The notes under the pieces are model-generated. The model did no database searches and was not told the DNA's origin. It saw only the letters and a program-made list of their open reading frames with translations. A stretch of 63,476 nucleotides of DNA, the filler included, from Hyphochytrium catenoides (Eukaryota > Protista > Hyphochytriomycota): the NCBI GenBank assembly GCA_900088475.1. It is 5 parts of 5 records of this genome, joined end to end, with 100 filler letters (N's around TTAATTAATTAA, not from the genome) between each part and the next. Parts side by side here need not be neighbours in the genome. Positions count along the whole stretch, not along the records: positions 1 to 19,279 come from FLMG01004148.1; positions 19,380 to 43,756 come from FLMG01003846.1; 3 more parts are not named here. The stretch is one strand, 5' to 3'. The translations under genes were made by a program, and so were the position numbers. The stretch's first letter is position 1. Each line of letters starts with the position of its first letter. Below, in pieces: positions 14,101 through 27,787 of this stretch.

Positions 14101-16109
14101 TGCTATAAGGCAATGATTCGTGTCATCACGACAACAGAGACGGCGACAAGAGGATAAGAGAACGATGTTGAAGAGAACCGAGGAAAAAGTAGACAAGAGA
14201 GATATAAGAAGGACTTACAAGCCAGTATAAGAGAGGAAACAGAAGAAAACCTTATGTAGAAGAGAGAGGGACAACGAACCCAAAGAGAGAGATCAGTGAA
14301 AGAGAAAGAGACATAAAGAGAGACATCGATACGTATATATATGTATAGAGAGAGGAGAGATGCATAGAAAGATAATGGACGGCCATTGAAGCGGCAAAAA
14401 GAGATGAGAAGATGTGTTATTCTTACCGCCGCGTCATCCAAGTCTGCTTCCTCTTCATCATCATCATGTTCTCGGACCTCAATCTCTTTCTGGTCGCCCT
14501 CTCTCTTCTCACTCTTTCTCTTGATAGCTCGAAGCTTTTCTCTTCCGCCTTCAGGCTGATCTTTGCAGTATCTCTTCCTCAGCCTGTTGCAGAGGTGAAG
14601 GATCTCATTCTGACCAGTCAGAAATACGAGGATACCGCCTGCGGGAGAAAGAGAGAGGAGGTGGACAAGTTGGTGGAGAGAGGCGGAGGGAAGAAAAGAG
14701 GGAGAGAGTGTGAGAAGAGGTCTATGTCGCCTTCTTTGTCTCTTCATCACTCATGCCTGACTATTCCTCTTACCTTCAGGTAGCTTCTCGTGTATCTTGC
14801 ACACTTTCTTATAGGCTTCTCCCACATAGTCATTCAGCTCCGTTCTCTTATTGAAATGGACCGTCACGGGATACTGGCGCGCGTCCACCCGGAGCACCGG
14901 AGGAGGATGAGGAAAGAGAGAGGAGTTCTCTGTAAAGTCCTCCACGCGCAGTGTGGCTGAGGGGGAAAGAGAAAGAGGCGACGGGGAGAGAAAGACCAGG
15001 ATAAGCTACAGAGAAAGAGAGAGAGAAGAGAGGGGGGGAGAGAGAGAGAGAGAGAGCACTTCCCGCCCAGGTTCTTCTTACCGGACATTATCACAAGCTT
15101 CAGCGGCTTCAGCTGCTCTTCTTCCTCATTCTTCCGCTCCACATTCTCCGGTCCATCTGGCGTCGTTGTGCTTTCCGTCACAGCCTGCTCCTCTTTCTCT
15201 TTTCTCTGTTTCTTTGCCAGCTCGTTCCGCAGCCTCACCGCTCTAGAGAGAAGTCCAATAAGGATGTCAGTGTTTAGGTTGCGCTCGTGAGCTTCATCCA
15301 GAAGGATGGCTGAGTAGTCCCGAAGCAGAAAGTCGCTCTTCAGCTCCTGAAGCAGGGGAGAAGTGCAGCCTTAGCAGAAAATTTGCGGAGCGTAAGGAAG
15401 AAGAGAGGTATAAAATAGCCTGAGAAGGTGGAGTCAAGTATTGGGAGCAGATGCACAGGATATCATAGAAAGAAAGGGAGAGGAAGAGACGGAGTGGGAG
15501 AGAGAAAAGAGAGAAGAGGCACAGAGAAAGAGAAAGGGAAAGGGGAGGTCACAAGGAGGGGGGCCGAGAGCCGAAAGCATGTTTAGATCCTAGCACTTCT
15601 CAACAAAGATCTCTCTTAGCGTTCCTCTTTTCCCATCCCTTTTCTCTCTCTTTCTCTCTATACTGTCTCTTACTCGGAGCAAGATCCCGTCTGTCATGAA
15701 CTTGATCCTGGTCTTCGCGCCGCAGTTCTGCGTGTCATGTCTGATCTGATAGCCCACGGGCCCCTCACGGCCCAGCGGGACATTCAGCTCCTCTGCCACT
15801 CGCTTCGCCGTGCTCACTGCCGCCACACGCCTGAATAAGCCAGCGAGAGTGCGGCGAACAGGGTGGCAAAGAGACAAGAAAGAGATTCAAAACGGAGAAT
15901 GCAAGATAGAGGAAAGACCTCGAGGACTCGCAAGGAAAGAACACGTAATGGAACAGACACGCAAGAGTGAGAACGCGAAAACGAAGAGATAGAAAAGAGA
16001 GAGAGAGAAAGACTATACACCACGGTTTTGAGGCGGGGTTTTAAGAAAGCCAGACCGGGGACATCTTATCCTCTTGCTCTCGTGGAAAGATACCGCACTC
16101 TTTCCTCCA

Positions 16110-16145
<36 letters not shown>

Positions 16146-18963
16146 ATATCACCCCTTCCTGCTGCTCTTGCTAGCTCTCCTTTCACTTTCTCCTCTCTCT
16201 CTTTTTCCTCGCTTAGTACCTGGGCTGCGTGACCCCAATCCTTCCTGGATTTCTACTGCCTGGTGCTCCAAATCCTGCTTCGTAGAGAAACTGCGGCACC
16301 TGTGTCGTCTTTCCCGAGCCAGTCTCTCCGCAAAGGATTAGGACGTCGTTCTGTGAAATGGACTCCATCACCTGATAAGGAAAGAGAGAGAGAAAGACCA
16401 AGAGGAATTGGGGAGAAAGAGAGAGAAACGGGAATAGAGGATGTTTCACAGCCAGGATTAGCCAACTTAGGGGAGGAAGCACTAGAAAAAGGAGAGAGAG
16501 AGAAAAAAAATGAGAGAGAGAGAGAAAGGGAAAGAAAGAGAGAGGGAGAGAGAGTGGTGGAAAGGGACGGGGGGGGGGGAAGAAAGAGAGAGAGAGAGAA
16601 CAAGCAAGCGAGAGAGAGAGAGAAAGAGCAAGAAGAGAGAGACTGAGATGCTGTTGGTTACTCTGTGTCTTACCTCCTGCTCGCTTTGACAGATGGGCAG
16701 GAGCATTCTTGCAACTTGAATATGCGGCAGGCGGCGGATCACCTGAAGGTCGGGATTGCCCCTCACGGCGGGAGTTTCTCTCTCTCTCTCTTTCCCGTTC
16801 GGCTTTAAAATGCTATGCACATCTATCGGCTTGGGAACATAGGCTGGTTGCTCTTTTCTCCCCAACTTATCTCTTTCTTCCTCTTTCTCTTCTCTTCTCT
16901 CTTCTTCCTTCTCCATGAGGTCGCCTTCTAGGCTCGAGAGCGACGTTTCCGCCTTCTCTGTCCTCTTTCGTCTGTTCTTCTCCTGAAGCTCTCGAAGGCG
17001 ACGAAGGCCACTGTTTTCTTGTTCAATCCGCGGCTCTGGGAGAGACAGAGAGTCTTTCTCTTCGCTCTGAGCCTCTCTCTTCTGCCTGGAGACGGCTCTC
17101 TCCTGGACTGTCTCTTTCTTCCTTTCCTCTTGCATGGCGGTATTCGTCTCTCCTGCCAATTTCCTTTCTCTCTTGCGCTGGTTCTTCCGTCGAAGCTCTT
17201 CTAATCTGTTAAGTGCTTCTCTTCCTCCTTCGATTTCAGCTGCGCTTTCGTTGGGCGGAAGTGAAGGGAGAAGAGACGTGAGAGGAGAGAGACCTGCAGC
17301 CTCTCTCTCTTCCTTTTGTGAGGTCGTAGGCTGAAGATGGGCAGTAGGCGGCTGGGGCTCTTGGGAAGAGCTAAGTAACGAGCTCTTGTTTTTCTTTTTT
17401 CTCTTCCTCTTAGCCTTGGATAACACTGGGGCTTCTTCCTCGTTCTGGTCTTCCTCTTTCTTGTCTTCCTCTTTCTTTTTACTCTCAGGTGCTTGAATTG
17501 GTTCCCTTCTCTCCTCCTTCATCATCCACTGGTCGCCGTCGTCTGAGCCCACACATAAGGAGAGAGAGAGAACAGGAACATAGAAAAAGAGAGTGTCAGT
17601 GAGCGAGCGAGCGAGGGAGAGAGAGAGAGAGAGAGAGAGGAGTGAGAGAGAAAAAGAGTGAGAGAGAGAGACTGACGGTGAATGATGGAGTTACTCAGGT
17701 TGAGTGCTAAGAGGATAGAGGCGAGAACCTAGGAACGGAAAGGGAAAGACGTGGAATGGGAGATAGAGAGATAGAGATAGATAGAGAGAGAGAGAGAGAG
17801 AGGCCAGCAACTTTGACAATACCAAGAGAGAGGAACAGGTGTCCCCTCGCTGACAAGATTAGCCAGAAAGAAGAGACAAGCTTAGACATAGAAGAAAAGG
17901 ATGTGAACGCAGGTCCAGGGCAGGCACGGAGGAAAAGAAGGAAAGAGAGAATGGAAGAGGGGATGCGAATGAAAGAGACAGAGAGAGTGAGAGAAAAGGA
18001 GGGGAAAAGCCCAAGAATGAGAAGCAAGGATTAGGAGTAGACAGGACGGGTAAAGCGGAGCAAGAATAAGCGATCCCAAAAGAAAGAGCGAAGAAGGGGA
18101 GAGAGAGAGAGAAATGCGGAGAGAGATAGAGCTCAAAATGAATGCAGAGAACCGAGTAGAGAGAGAGAGAATGAGGGAGACTTAAAGAGAGAGAGAGAGA
18201 GAGAGAGAGACAGGGAGAGAAAGGGGAAGAAGCTAGACATAAAGAGAGGAGAAGAGAGAGAGAGACACAGAGAGAGAAAGATGAATAAGGGAGGGAGGGC
18301 AAAAAGAGAGAGAGTGAGAGAGACAGACGGAGAGAGGCACCGGCAGTGACAGAAAGAGAGAAAGTGCCAGAACTATAATAGTACTTGTCCAACCTTCTTC
18401 TCTCTCCCTAACTCTGTGGAGCTTCTCTTTCGTCTCTTCATCCACTTGCAGCCCCGCTCTCTCTCTCTCCAACGCCATCTTCAGTCTCTGCTTCAGCGTT
18501 TGCTTTTGTCCTAAAGCCTTGGAGGAAGAAAGAAGGAGCTGCTGCGGCGCAGAGAGAGCGTGAGCCTGGAGGGAGGAGTAGAACTTGTCTCTCTGAAGGG
18601 AGAGAAGTTTTCTCTCTTCCAGCAGCTTTAACTTTTTTTGTTTGGACTTTGAGAGAGCCCTCGCCTCTTCTAGCACTTCTTCTCTCTCTCTCTTCTTCTC
18701 TCCCTGTTCTCCCTTCTTCTTCTTCTTCGGGAGGAGGATAACAGACTCGTTGCCTCCCAGCTCCGCCAGGAGCTCAGGAGAGATGAGAGACGCCGCATCC
18801 TTCGCGTCCTACGCGGAAGAATATAGGTGAGAAGAGTTGCCCAGTGGAGAGAAAGAGAGAGAAAGTAAACAGAGAGAGAGAGAGAGAGTGAGAGAGAGTG
18901 AGAGAGAGAGAAGGGAACAGGATATCATTAACACGCCGTGTCTACCTGGGGAATCTCCGACAT
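10677..18963 (-). CDS. DHX37: DEAH-box RNA helicase DHX37/Dhr1 (Ecm16), multi-exon
   Basis: Motifs [23 protein letters not shown]|RVAA, DEAHER, MS|[30 protein letters not shown]|[15 protein letters not shown], followed by HA2/OB regions. DHX37-type features include [17 protein letters not shown] and the N-terminal SKSKQKKLK. Start MSEIPQ|DAKD at 18963; last exon ends KLWKKLKQG* at 10677. Confidence 0.93.
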
Positions 18964-19279
18964 CCCTCCTGACCCTTCGCAAGTCGCTCTGGCAGACGGG
19001 AGGGGGTGAAAGAGAAGAGAGGAGATAAGAATGTGGCGAGAGGTCACGTCTGCTCTGTCCTTCCTGCCCCAGCGTGCACTGCAGAGCGCCTGCGTGTGCT
19101 ATGGAAGCCCGACAGTTCTCTTTCCCTCTCTTGCTTTCCCCTCTTCTCAAGCCTCTGTTGCCCCTCTCCGTGCCTGCTTACCATTGTTTCTTCCTGCTGG
19201 TCCTATGTCTCCTGCTGTTTTCATGGTCTCTCTCTCTTTCTCTCTCTCTCCCTCCCTCTCTCCCTCTCTCCCTCTCTCT

Positions 19280-19379
19280 NNNNNNNNNNNNNNNNNNNNN
19301 NNNNNNNNNNNNNNNNNNNNNNNTTAATTAATTAANNNNNNNNNNNNNNNNNNNNNNNNNNNNNNNNNNNNNNNNNNNN
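19280..19379. other. Artificial contig linker N44-TTAATTAATTAA-N44
   Basis: 100-nt spacer with stop codons in all six frames; an identical spacer occurs four times in the window. Confidence 0.97.
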
Positions 19380-20825
19380 AGGGAATAGAGAGACAGCGAC
19401 ACAGAGAGAGAGACACAGAGAGAGAGAAACGAAGGAAAGCAATCCGCTGTGTAGGAGCATGAAAGATCTGTCTCGAAAAGCCATTGCCTTTTGCTGTCGC
19501 CTACTATAGGAGTAAACAACTCCGAAATCCTGTCGCGTAACCCCTGACACTGCGGCTCCTTCCTCCCACCGAGTCTCCAAATAGCCAATATCGGACTTCA
19601 GTGTCAGCGTAGTAGTATCGCTTGATAACCTCCTATAAGCAGTATAAAGGCCTAGTAATAAGCCCGTGATGGTGTTGCTTCTGAAGAGGTACATTGTTCA
19701 TAGATACAGCGCAGGGTGAAAACTGCACCAACATGGGAAAGCTCGAGGACGTCTGAAGTGTCTGAAGAAGGCGTAAAGCTCGACAATTTATCAGCAAGAG
19801 CAGGAGGACAAGCAGCAGCAGCGAGCAGCGAAGAATGCGCGCAGCAGGAGGACTATCAAGCCGCTCCAAAGAAGGGAATCGCTGGCGTCGGAGAGCGTCG
19901 GAGTGACATTGACTAGAAGGTTGAATCAGCGCAGATACAGCAGTCCATTTTCTTGGTCCGTCCCTTGAACATTATGGCATCATACATACTGCCGACTGAT
20001 AAGGTGGAATCTTTAACGACTTGAATTTGTTGATGCGGCCGTTGGCCCAGGTCCTGGGTGTCAAAGGTTTGGCTACCTTTGGCAACACCTTTTTTCTTTC
20101 CTCTTCAGTACGGAGCAAGAGTTACACTATAAGCACTCTATACCCTTAGGGGACTACTCTGTCACGTGGTGGCGCCGATGCAACTTTAATTTATTGCAGG
20201 CAAGCAGCCAAGCAAAAGGCCCGCCGTATCTCCTGGGTCAAGCGGTGTTTGAAGGATTTTTTCCGGCTCCATGTGCTGATCCCAAGCAGCTTCTTGACGC
20301 CAGGCTGTTCTCCTTGTCTTCCTTCTTAGCCTGCATGGCTCCCGACTAAGTTCATCTGTCACTTTTATAATAAACTTTATTATAATAAAGCCCCTATTCT
20401 ATCCTCCCTGCCGGCCACACATCATCTCCTCTTGGGCAGCCCTGGCTGCTGGCTGCGCTTCGCTTGACGCCTCAATCCTCAAGAGGAATTCCCAGCATCT
20501 CCTAGGATTGTGCTTGATGGGATGGAGTTATCAACTCTCTGAACATTAACCGTGTCTACAGCCAGATGTGCGATTATTAACGTTAAATCCTTTGACCCAC
20601 TACTCGAAGATTCTCCGCTCCTTTCATCCGTTATCGATGATCGTCGTTTGTCCAACACTTCTGTCCTTTGATCATCGCCCCAGCTCCAGACTTCAGATCT
20701 GCGCCAGATGCCTGCCTAGCAAATCGTGCCTGGTAAGTCCGCCCGTGCGCTAGCCCGTCTCAGCGCTTGAGATCCGCTTCGGCTTCAAAGGTGTTCCGGC
20801 AGGAGCAGTGGAACGCTAGGGAAGA

Positions 20826-23800
20826 ATGGAGATCGTTGAATATCAACGCTGGTTTCCCATGCTGGTGAGTTGTCGCTTACAGACTCGATCTGTCTCTTTC
20901 AGTTTCACTCTTTCTCTTATCTGTCGCAGTCTGTCTCCTTCCCTTTCCCATTGGGCCACTGTTCCTCCACTTGCCTAGTTGTAGAGAAGATCTTCTTCCT
21001 GGTTTTGTGCACGGTGCTACGGTCTTGACTGCTCATCCATTGGGGCAATCCCCTCTTCGCCGTCTCCACTAGGGATGGTCCAGTCGTCTTCTCCTGACGG
21101 ACCCTGTCCAGCCATGGACAGATGCAAAGACGGGTACTCGTGCCCGCCTTTCAGATATCGACATCTCCATCATGCAGATCAGAGCAGGCGTCACAGAAGA
21201 TCCAGAGGGATGGGAATATGCTTTTGATTTCCGGTCTCCATTCGGTGGGCGGACCGCCTCGTCGATGGTTCGAAGGCGGCACTGGGTCGAGGGACAGCCT
21301 GCCGTAGCTGTGTCGGAAACGACAATGACTAGCACGGTTGCCTTCTTGCCACAGAACAACTCTACCATGCAGGTCGCATCTAACCGTTTGCAATAATTCT
21401 CTATGAATTGGCTCACAGACTTCTCCTCCTACCATTTATGGCTCTTGCCACCGCTTATCCTCCACGACTGACCGACTCTCTCTTGCGAAAGTATCGATAT
21501 TCAGCCTCAACTTTGATCCTTTCTGTCGTGAGTTGTTGCTGGTGCCCGTGTCTCATCACTCTAACGCTGATTATACCGCGATGTTGCTTTTCCTCTTTGT
21601 TATTCTCCCTCCAGAAAGAGGAGAGTGTGGTTGCAAGCGTCACGAGTGCAGAGGTGGTCATTGAAGCTGAGAAGAAAGGTGCTAAGGCAGGCGTGTCTGG
21701 TAAGTGGTCAGGAGCGAAAGCCCTAGAACTCTTCCAAGGCCCTCACCGAATTCACCACCTCGTTCAAGCAGCGAATTCCCTCATCCAGTCGGCTCTATCA
21801 GGATCCACAAACTCTTCGTCTTCCAGTGTACTGTCCCTCTCTCGCTTCAGCTTCTCGAAAAAGCGCCAGGAAACAAGGGAAACTGAAGGCAATGAAGGAG
21901 TTGAAGAGGACGGGTCACCGGCGATAGTGACTATTGCAGAGTCGCACACTGTAACAACTACAGAAGAAGCCACTACAGGTGTGAGAGGGTTTAGAAAGTG
22001 TCCAGAAGAACTTCTTGAACATCAGCTAACCGTGACGATCTCCAGTTGCATATCCTTCGTTTCAGCTATCCTGTTCCCTCTTTTCCTCACTAGTCTATGC
22101 TTCTATCTCCTGAGGGATACCTCTCCTTCAATCGTTTTGCTTATCTTTTCGTCCAATGACTATCAAGACTCGTAAACAAAGCTCGTCGGCCTAAATGTAA
22201 TTACCCCTTGACCGATTTTATTTCGTAGGAAGCGGTTGGACACCCCGCACCAAAGCCGGGAAGTCTCTCGTGCAGCTTGCTTCCAAGAGCACAAAGAGTG
22301 TCTCCAGTATACTCATCGGAGCCAAGGGTGCAGCCAGTCACGCAGCTAAGGTGGCCGTGGAGGCCGGTCACTTTGCGCGGATTCGGATGGAAGAAAGAGC
22401 GATGTCCGCGATAAGCAAAGGATCAACGGTACAAGGCTTCTCTACCGGCTATACCACTATTTCTGCTTTGTTGAGGAGAAACTCATGCGGTTGTTCCCTT
22501 ATCCTAGATTGTCATTCACCCTTGGGGCATAGCCTCGTATTTCTGCCGTACCTTATTCCTCCACCCCATACGGCCTGATCTGTCTACATCCCTAGATCGA
22601 TGGGAAGATTTTTCTTGCTTAGACCAGCTTGTCCTAGTTTTGTCTGCTAGATAACGAGTTTCTCCTTCCACCAGATGCGTATTCCGCTATCTGCCATCGC
22701 CGACCATGCAGATGCGGAGATTCTTCGCTCGCTAGGAAGAGGGAAGTTTCTGAACCTGACCCCGTACGAGCGACATCTTGTTAGCGTCTGTAAACCCTTT
22801 ATAGCGGACAACAGCGGTGCCTTCAAGGATGTTCTGGTCCCGCTGAAGGGAGTCGAATCTATGGCTTGTAGGGTCAGTGCACAAGAGACTGAGATTAGAT
22901 AATGAAGGGATGGACTGAGACTCTAGAGGTTGGGGATGGCAACCAACGGGAACGGTTTAGCACTTGCAGTATGCCCCATGTTTATGAACCAGTCCTTGTC
23001 AGCTCCCGGAAAGCAATGTATGAGCATTTATCCCTTTGTCAAAGGGTTGGCGTCCGTTAGACAGTGAGGTTGAGTCTGAGAATGTGAAAGGGAGTAGGAC
23101 TGTCAGAAACCATGGGAACGCCACCTAAAGGAAACTCTATTAACCGTCCTCCTTTACAGGAATGTTCCAAGCCCTTCGCAATGAGAAGCCTCGCTGTCCA
23201 TTGCGCTCACTGTGGCGAGAGCTTCTGCCACAAGCACTGCGACGCGAAGTTTATTATAAGAAAGTATGGGTATTCAGCTCCCTTGGCTGTATGCGGAGAC
23301 TGTAAGGTAAAGACTCCAGCACCCGATCCCGTTCTTTCGATGGTTTTGATTTGGACCTTGATTGTGGTCATGTCCTCTAAGGCACGGCTCCTCTGCTAGC
23401 GCATCCTTCTTTGCCATGTCCGAATCCTTCTTTCCCGCAGCTTTCTCAGTCTCCGTTCTCCGCGTATTGCTCACCACATGGAAGTACAGTCTGCTTTGTG
23501 CGAGATTGAAAGAATTGAACGCATTGACTGGCGTGTCGAGCGATGTCGTGACTATTTTACTGGTTGCCTCGTGCCCTACTACGATGATTCGACGGACACC
23601 ACGGTACAGCCACCACTTCAACGTTGTAGATCTGCGGTTCTCTACAGTGACTACTGACACTCTTACTGTCTCTCCATGGACGGCCACTGAAAAGAAAAGG
23701 AGCCAACTCATGTATCTCCTGCGTGTCTTGTCGATTCTTTTCTTTGCTAACTCTGACATGCATTTGTGTGGTCGTGCAGTTTGACAAGTCAGTCCGTGTG

Positions 23801-26800
23801 GCCGATGGGGTGCTAACGGCAGCCCGGAAGCTTCCTCTCACCAAAGCTGGCAGTATTGTAGTCTCCGGGGCTTCAGCGCTGAGGAAATACGGACCGTACG
23901 GGCTTGCAGGTGTCATACTCAAAGAGCAGCTAGTTGAAGCGGGCGAGATTCTTAAGGTAGTATGCACATATTTTACCCATTCCGTCTCAGCTGTCCGCTC
24001 CTAGCCTTGTCGTTGGTCATTTTCAACAAAATGTCTCCTGACTTTCCTATATCCATTTTGGGATGTCCGTCCTCTAAGACCCTTGGTCTCTTATGTATGC
24101 TCACGTTTTCTTACTAGGAGCTAGTTGGGGAGGCCGACATTCAGGATATTCCGATGCAGGATTTGTCTATGGGTCTCTTTTACCTCATGGCAATCCGAAG
24201 AGGCCTGAGAGGGTCTCTGCCTACCAAAGAGGCAGAGGAGCATCAGCATTGCCCTAACGCTCCAGAAGAGCTCATGGATGACTTCATCAGATTCGGACCG
24301 CTGGCACTGGCTGCAGGTAGCTTCGAAGTTCGCTGTATTGTTGTCTTGCGATTGTCCCGCACCATCCGCTGTTCGTTTTGTTAAGGTATACCTTTGTCTC
24401 CTACTGTGCCCTTCCTGTGTACTTGTGTTCGTCTTCAAGAGATCGTCTCCTGGCAGTCCCGATACGTTGTTATCTCGTTTGATCTATTGTTGCTGATAAA
24501 GCGGTTCCCGCCGGTCAGCAATCTCAGCTTCGCTATTAATTTACCTCTTTTTCTCACCTTCAGTGTATGAGCATACACTATGCGATGTGCAGCGAATAGC
24601 AAAGTTTGCAGGCTTCTCGATGGTTTTCGGAGATTGCACAAACTATTTGCATCGTCCTGCATTTGGCCTGTTTGCACAAACGGGGGTGGAAGAGAGAGAA
24701 GAGAAAGATCAACCTGAAGCTAATCCAAAGAGGAGAGCAAACAAGGTGGCGGTCCTGGCTGTGAGGGGTTCGCAATCTATCCATGATGCTCTAACGGATC
24801 TGAGGGCCAAGGCTCAGTCCTATCCAGGATTTGAAGGTATGAAACAAGGAAGACATACCATCGTTAAAGCTTTTCTAGTGGTTGTGGGCAGGCATATGGC
24901 ATATGCCAGGTTTTTTTAACCAGGTGGACAAAACACTCTGCGCTCTCTTTCAGTCACCCCCATTGCGCCCTCTTCCCGAAGTAGTTTTTATAACAATCCT
25001 TTACAGTAGCTAACGTACTCTTCAGGTGACGATATCCTCTTCGCCCACAGCGGCATTGCTGCATCGGCGCTCGCAGTTAGAGAGGAAGTAGAGCCAGCCT
25101 TGCAAGAGTTCCATGCCCAGGGCTACGATCTTATTATCACAGGCCACTCTTTAGGTCAGGTACTTCTTCTGGTTGGGGTATCCTGTCTCTATCATCTGAC
25201 TGCCTAGTTGTGTTGCGGTCGACCTTGACGAACCTCATTCACTTTCTCCCCACTGATCCCATGCTGGTTTATGCCCTATGTATCCTGCTTGCTCTGTGTT
25301 TCGTACAAGCACCACTGCTACACTCTATCTAACCTAACTGGCAGGAGCTGGAGTTGCCTCCCTATTGTCATTGATGTTCAAGCCCATGTTTCCTTCAGTC
25401 AAGTGCTATGCGTATGCCACACCTGCGTGTCTTGACCTAGCGCACTCCTCCCGATGCCGAGACTTCGTTTTTTCTTGTGTGTTACGAGACGATATCGTAC
25501 CTCGAATGAAGCCTACTAATGCGAATAAGGTGGTCTCGGAAGTGACACTCTACAAGGAGGACTGGACACAGTTTGCCAAGGTACGTGGTAAAGCCCGAAA
25601 GCGTTGCAGCTACGGCACCTTAGGATAGAGTATAGGAGCAGAGGACCGGCTGTAGGGATGATTTACAATGTGAGTGGAGTCGTGAGTGCTAAGAAGAGAG
25701 AAAGGTAGCCAAACTATCCCTGGTGAATGTGAGCGCTTGAAGGATAAATGGAGTGAATGACGCGTGCTCTATCACTGAGTGGTCCTATGTGCCTCCGCTT
25801 ATCCGCCTCTAATATAGGAGGATGTCTCCGGAGTGATGGAAAGAATGAAGACGGTCTGGGCTCCACGTCGCCGAGGAGAAGCCGCGATTCACAAAGGTAA
25901 CTCTTCGCGGTGCTTAGGCAGTCGGCCCTCTAGACGTATCTATCTTGCACCCACCTAACCGAGGAGGTGATTTTACGCTCTTTTAACGCGGTACCCTTAG
26001 CTGATAATGGGACTAGTTCTGAAGAAGGAAGATTACCCAGTTCCACTCTCAGTCCCAAGGCTCGGGAGCCGACTGTTCTAATCGATATGAGTGAAGAGTC
26101 TGCACCCGACCAGGCAAAAAGAAAGGTCCTCCCATTCAAGGGCCCTTACTATGAGTTGATTGAAGCAGCTGAACATTGCTCTCTGCAGGAGGAGTTGTAC
26201 GTTCCGGGCACCATCGTTCATCTATATTTTCAACATGGGTTATATCACGCCGCCATCGTCGAACAGAGCTACCCCAGCCTTAACAGAGTAGAGTTATATC
26301 AAAGTCCGCAAAACTTCCTTAGATGATCCTCGGCCTATCTAAACTTATCGACTGCTAGAGCGCTGCTTCATCTATCTTACTCCTTTCCATGTTCTTTCCC
26401 TGTTTAATCTTCCTTATTCGTCCTCTTCATTTGTCTCTAACTACATGGACAGGTACTCTGATGCACATATGCTAAAGCTCTGAGCTCCGTCTCTGTCCAC
26501 TCTAATGAAAGCTCAATGCCTCCTATTCTTGTGGCTGCCTGTCTGCTGATCGGCCCCGCGACATTACCTTGCAGACATGCTGGAAGACCACAAGGGTGCA
26601 AGCTATGCACGAGCTCTATCAATAGTCCGCGACAGTAGGACTGCTTCAAAAAAGCCTCGGCCATGGATGCCTTATGGTGCGGCAGAAGCATGCCTGCGTT
26701 GTGACTGCAGATTCACGTGGGCGGCCATTTCAGACAGCAGCGCCCAATCATTCTTAGAGCAGAAGAACTGCAGGTCGGTCTACTTCTCTCCGATCTTTCG

Positions 26801-27093
26801 TGCTAAATTTATCGTTTGTCTCGCTTCACTTTTGCCTGGCAAATCGTCCTCCTTCTCCTCCGTACTTGGCTACATCTCTTTAAATCTATCTCCTTCATGG
26901 GCTCGCTTTCCCTTCACGGCTTTGTCTATTCCTTTAATTATGAGCTTTGGTCCAGCAGCTGACGCAGAATCTTATCAGGAAATGCGGCGAACTCGTCTGT
27001 GGAAAGTGTTCGGACAATAAAATGACTCTGCCAGAGTATGGAATCAACCACCCGGTTAGGGTGTGCGATAGATGCTTCTTAATCAAGACCTAG
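20826..27093 (+). CDS. DysF-like domain + FYVE-like zinc finger + class 3 lipase (DAG-lipase-like) + C-terminal FYVE finger, multi-exon
   Basis: DysF-type MEIVEYQRWFPML|GWSSRLLLTDP..WTD and EGWEYAFDF...VRRRHW. Finger CSKPF...HCAHCGESFCHKHC...VCGDC. Lipase VLAVRGSQSIHDALTDL, FAHSGI, ITGHSLG|AGVA, YAYATPAC, DDIVPR. C-terminal finger WMPYGAAEACLRC..F...CR|KCGELVCGKCS...VRVCDRCF; TAG 27091-27093. Confidence 0.88.
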
Positions 27094-27787
27094 GACCAAA
27101 AGGTATTAACGACTAGGTTGGACTTTATGCAGCTATGTGCCAACAGAGAACATCTATCTCGTACAACGCCTTATCTTCAGCACCCCACCTTGGGCGCTAG
27201 CTGAGGATGCCATGTCTCTTTATTCCCATCATTGACAAAGAAGCGAACACCTAGTCATTCTAATTGTCTCTTTTAGGTTGAAAGGATCTACAATGAGTTA
27301 GCTCGGAAGCTGAAATGGGTCCAACAAGGCATATACCAGCTCCAATGTACTGACACACGGGACACGCATTCTATATTATATTTTCCCTAAAAATACCCTA
27401 CAGCTCTGTCTCCTAGCCTTGTAACCCTACGTCCTACGATTTAAAAACTAACTGTCTATCTTAGCTACCAGCTAACCTATGTAAAAGCCACCTTTGTCTA
27501 TTCAGCTAGAGATCCTAATATTTGCCTACGCTTTGGTTGAAAAATGGGTGTGGAAGAACGGAAGAGAAGCGAACTTATACGACGGAATGGTTTGTGGTAA
27601 ACAGAGCACTTAGAGGACACTCATCTTCAGGCATGGGACCTACTGTGGAGGTCTGACACGCTGGTGCGCACGTAGATATAGGCTTTGTAGCGTCTGCTAC
27701 AAAGCCACTTGTGAGCTATCCTTCGAACTGCAGTTTCGAAGCCGGATGCTGCAACATTGACTCCCCAAGGTGGGGTAAGCCTCGTTT

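Larger units (their letters stand above)
1801..19279. repeat. Dense (CT)n/(AG)n microsatellite tracts in introns and intergenic DNA
   Basis: Dozens of ctctctct/gagagaga runs (e.g. 2806-2838, 4091-4127, 8741-8805, 11109-11135, 16116-16142). They are pyrimidine-rich on the sense strand of introns and account for most spurious SLSLSL/ERERER ORFs. Confidence 0.95.

Noticed and set aside
2196-19331. Numerous SLSLSL / RERERE ORFs
   Set aside because: Translations of intronic microsatellites or antisense frames of real genes.
19324-19335. TTAATTAATTAA palindrome repeated four times between N runs
   Set aside because: Synthetic six-frame-stop scaffolding linker, not biological. Adjacency across it is unproven.
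19400-19910. Possible minus-strand gene fragment (...IYEQ|CLYTAYRRLSSDTTTLTLKSDIGYLETRWEEG...)
   Set aside because: A 41-nt intron is plausible, but there is no start, homology or end (contig edge), so it cannot be supported.
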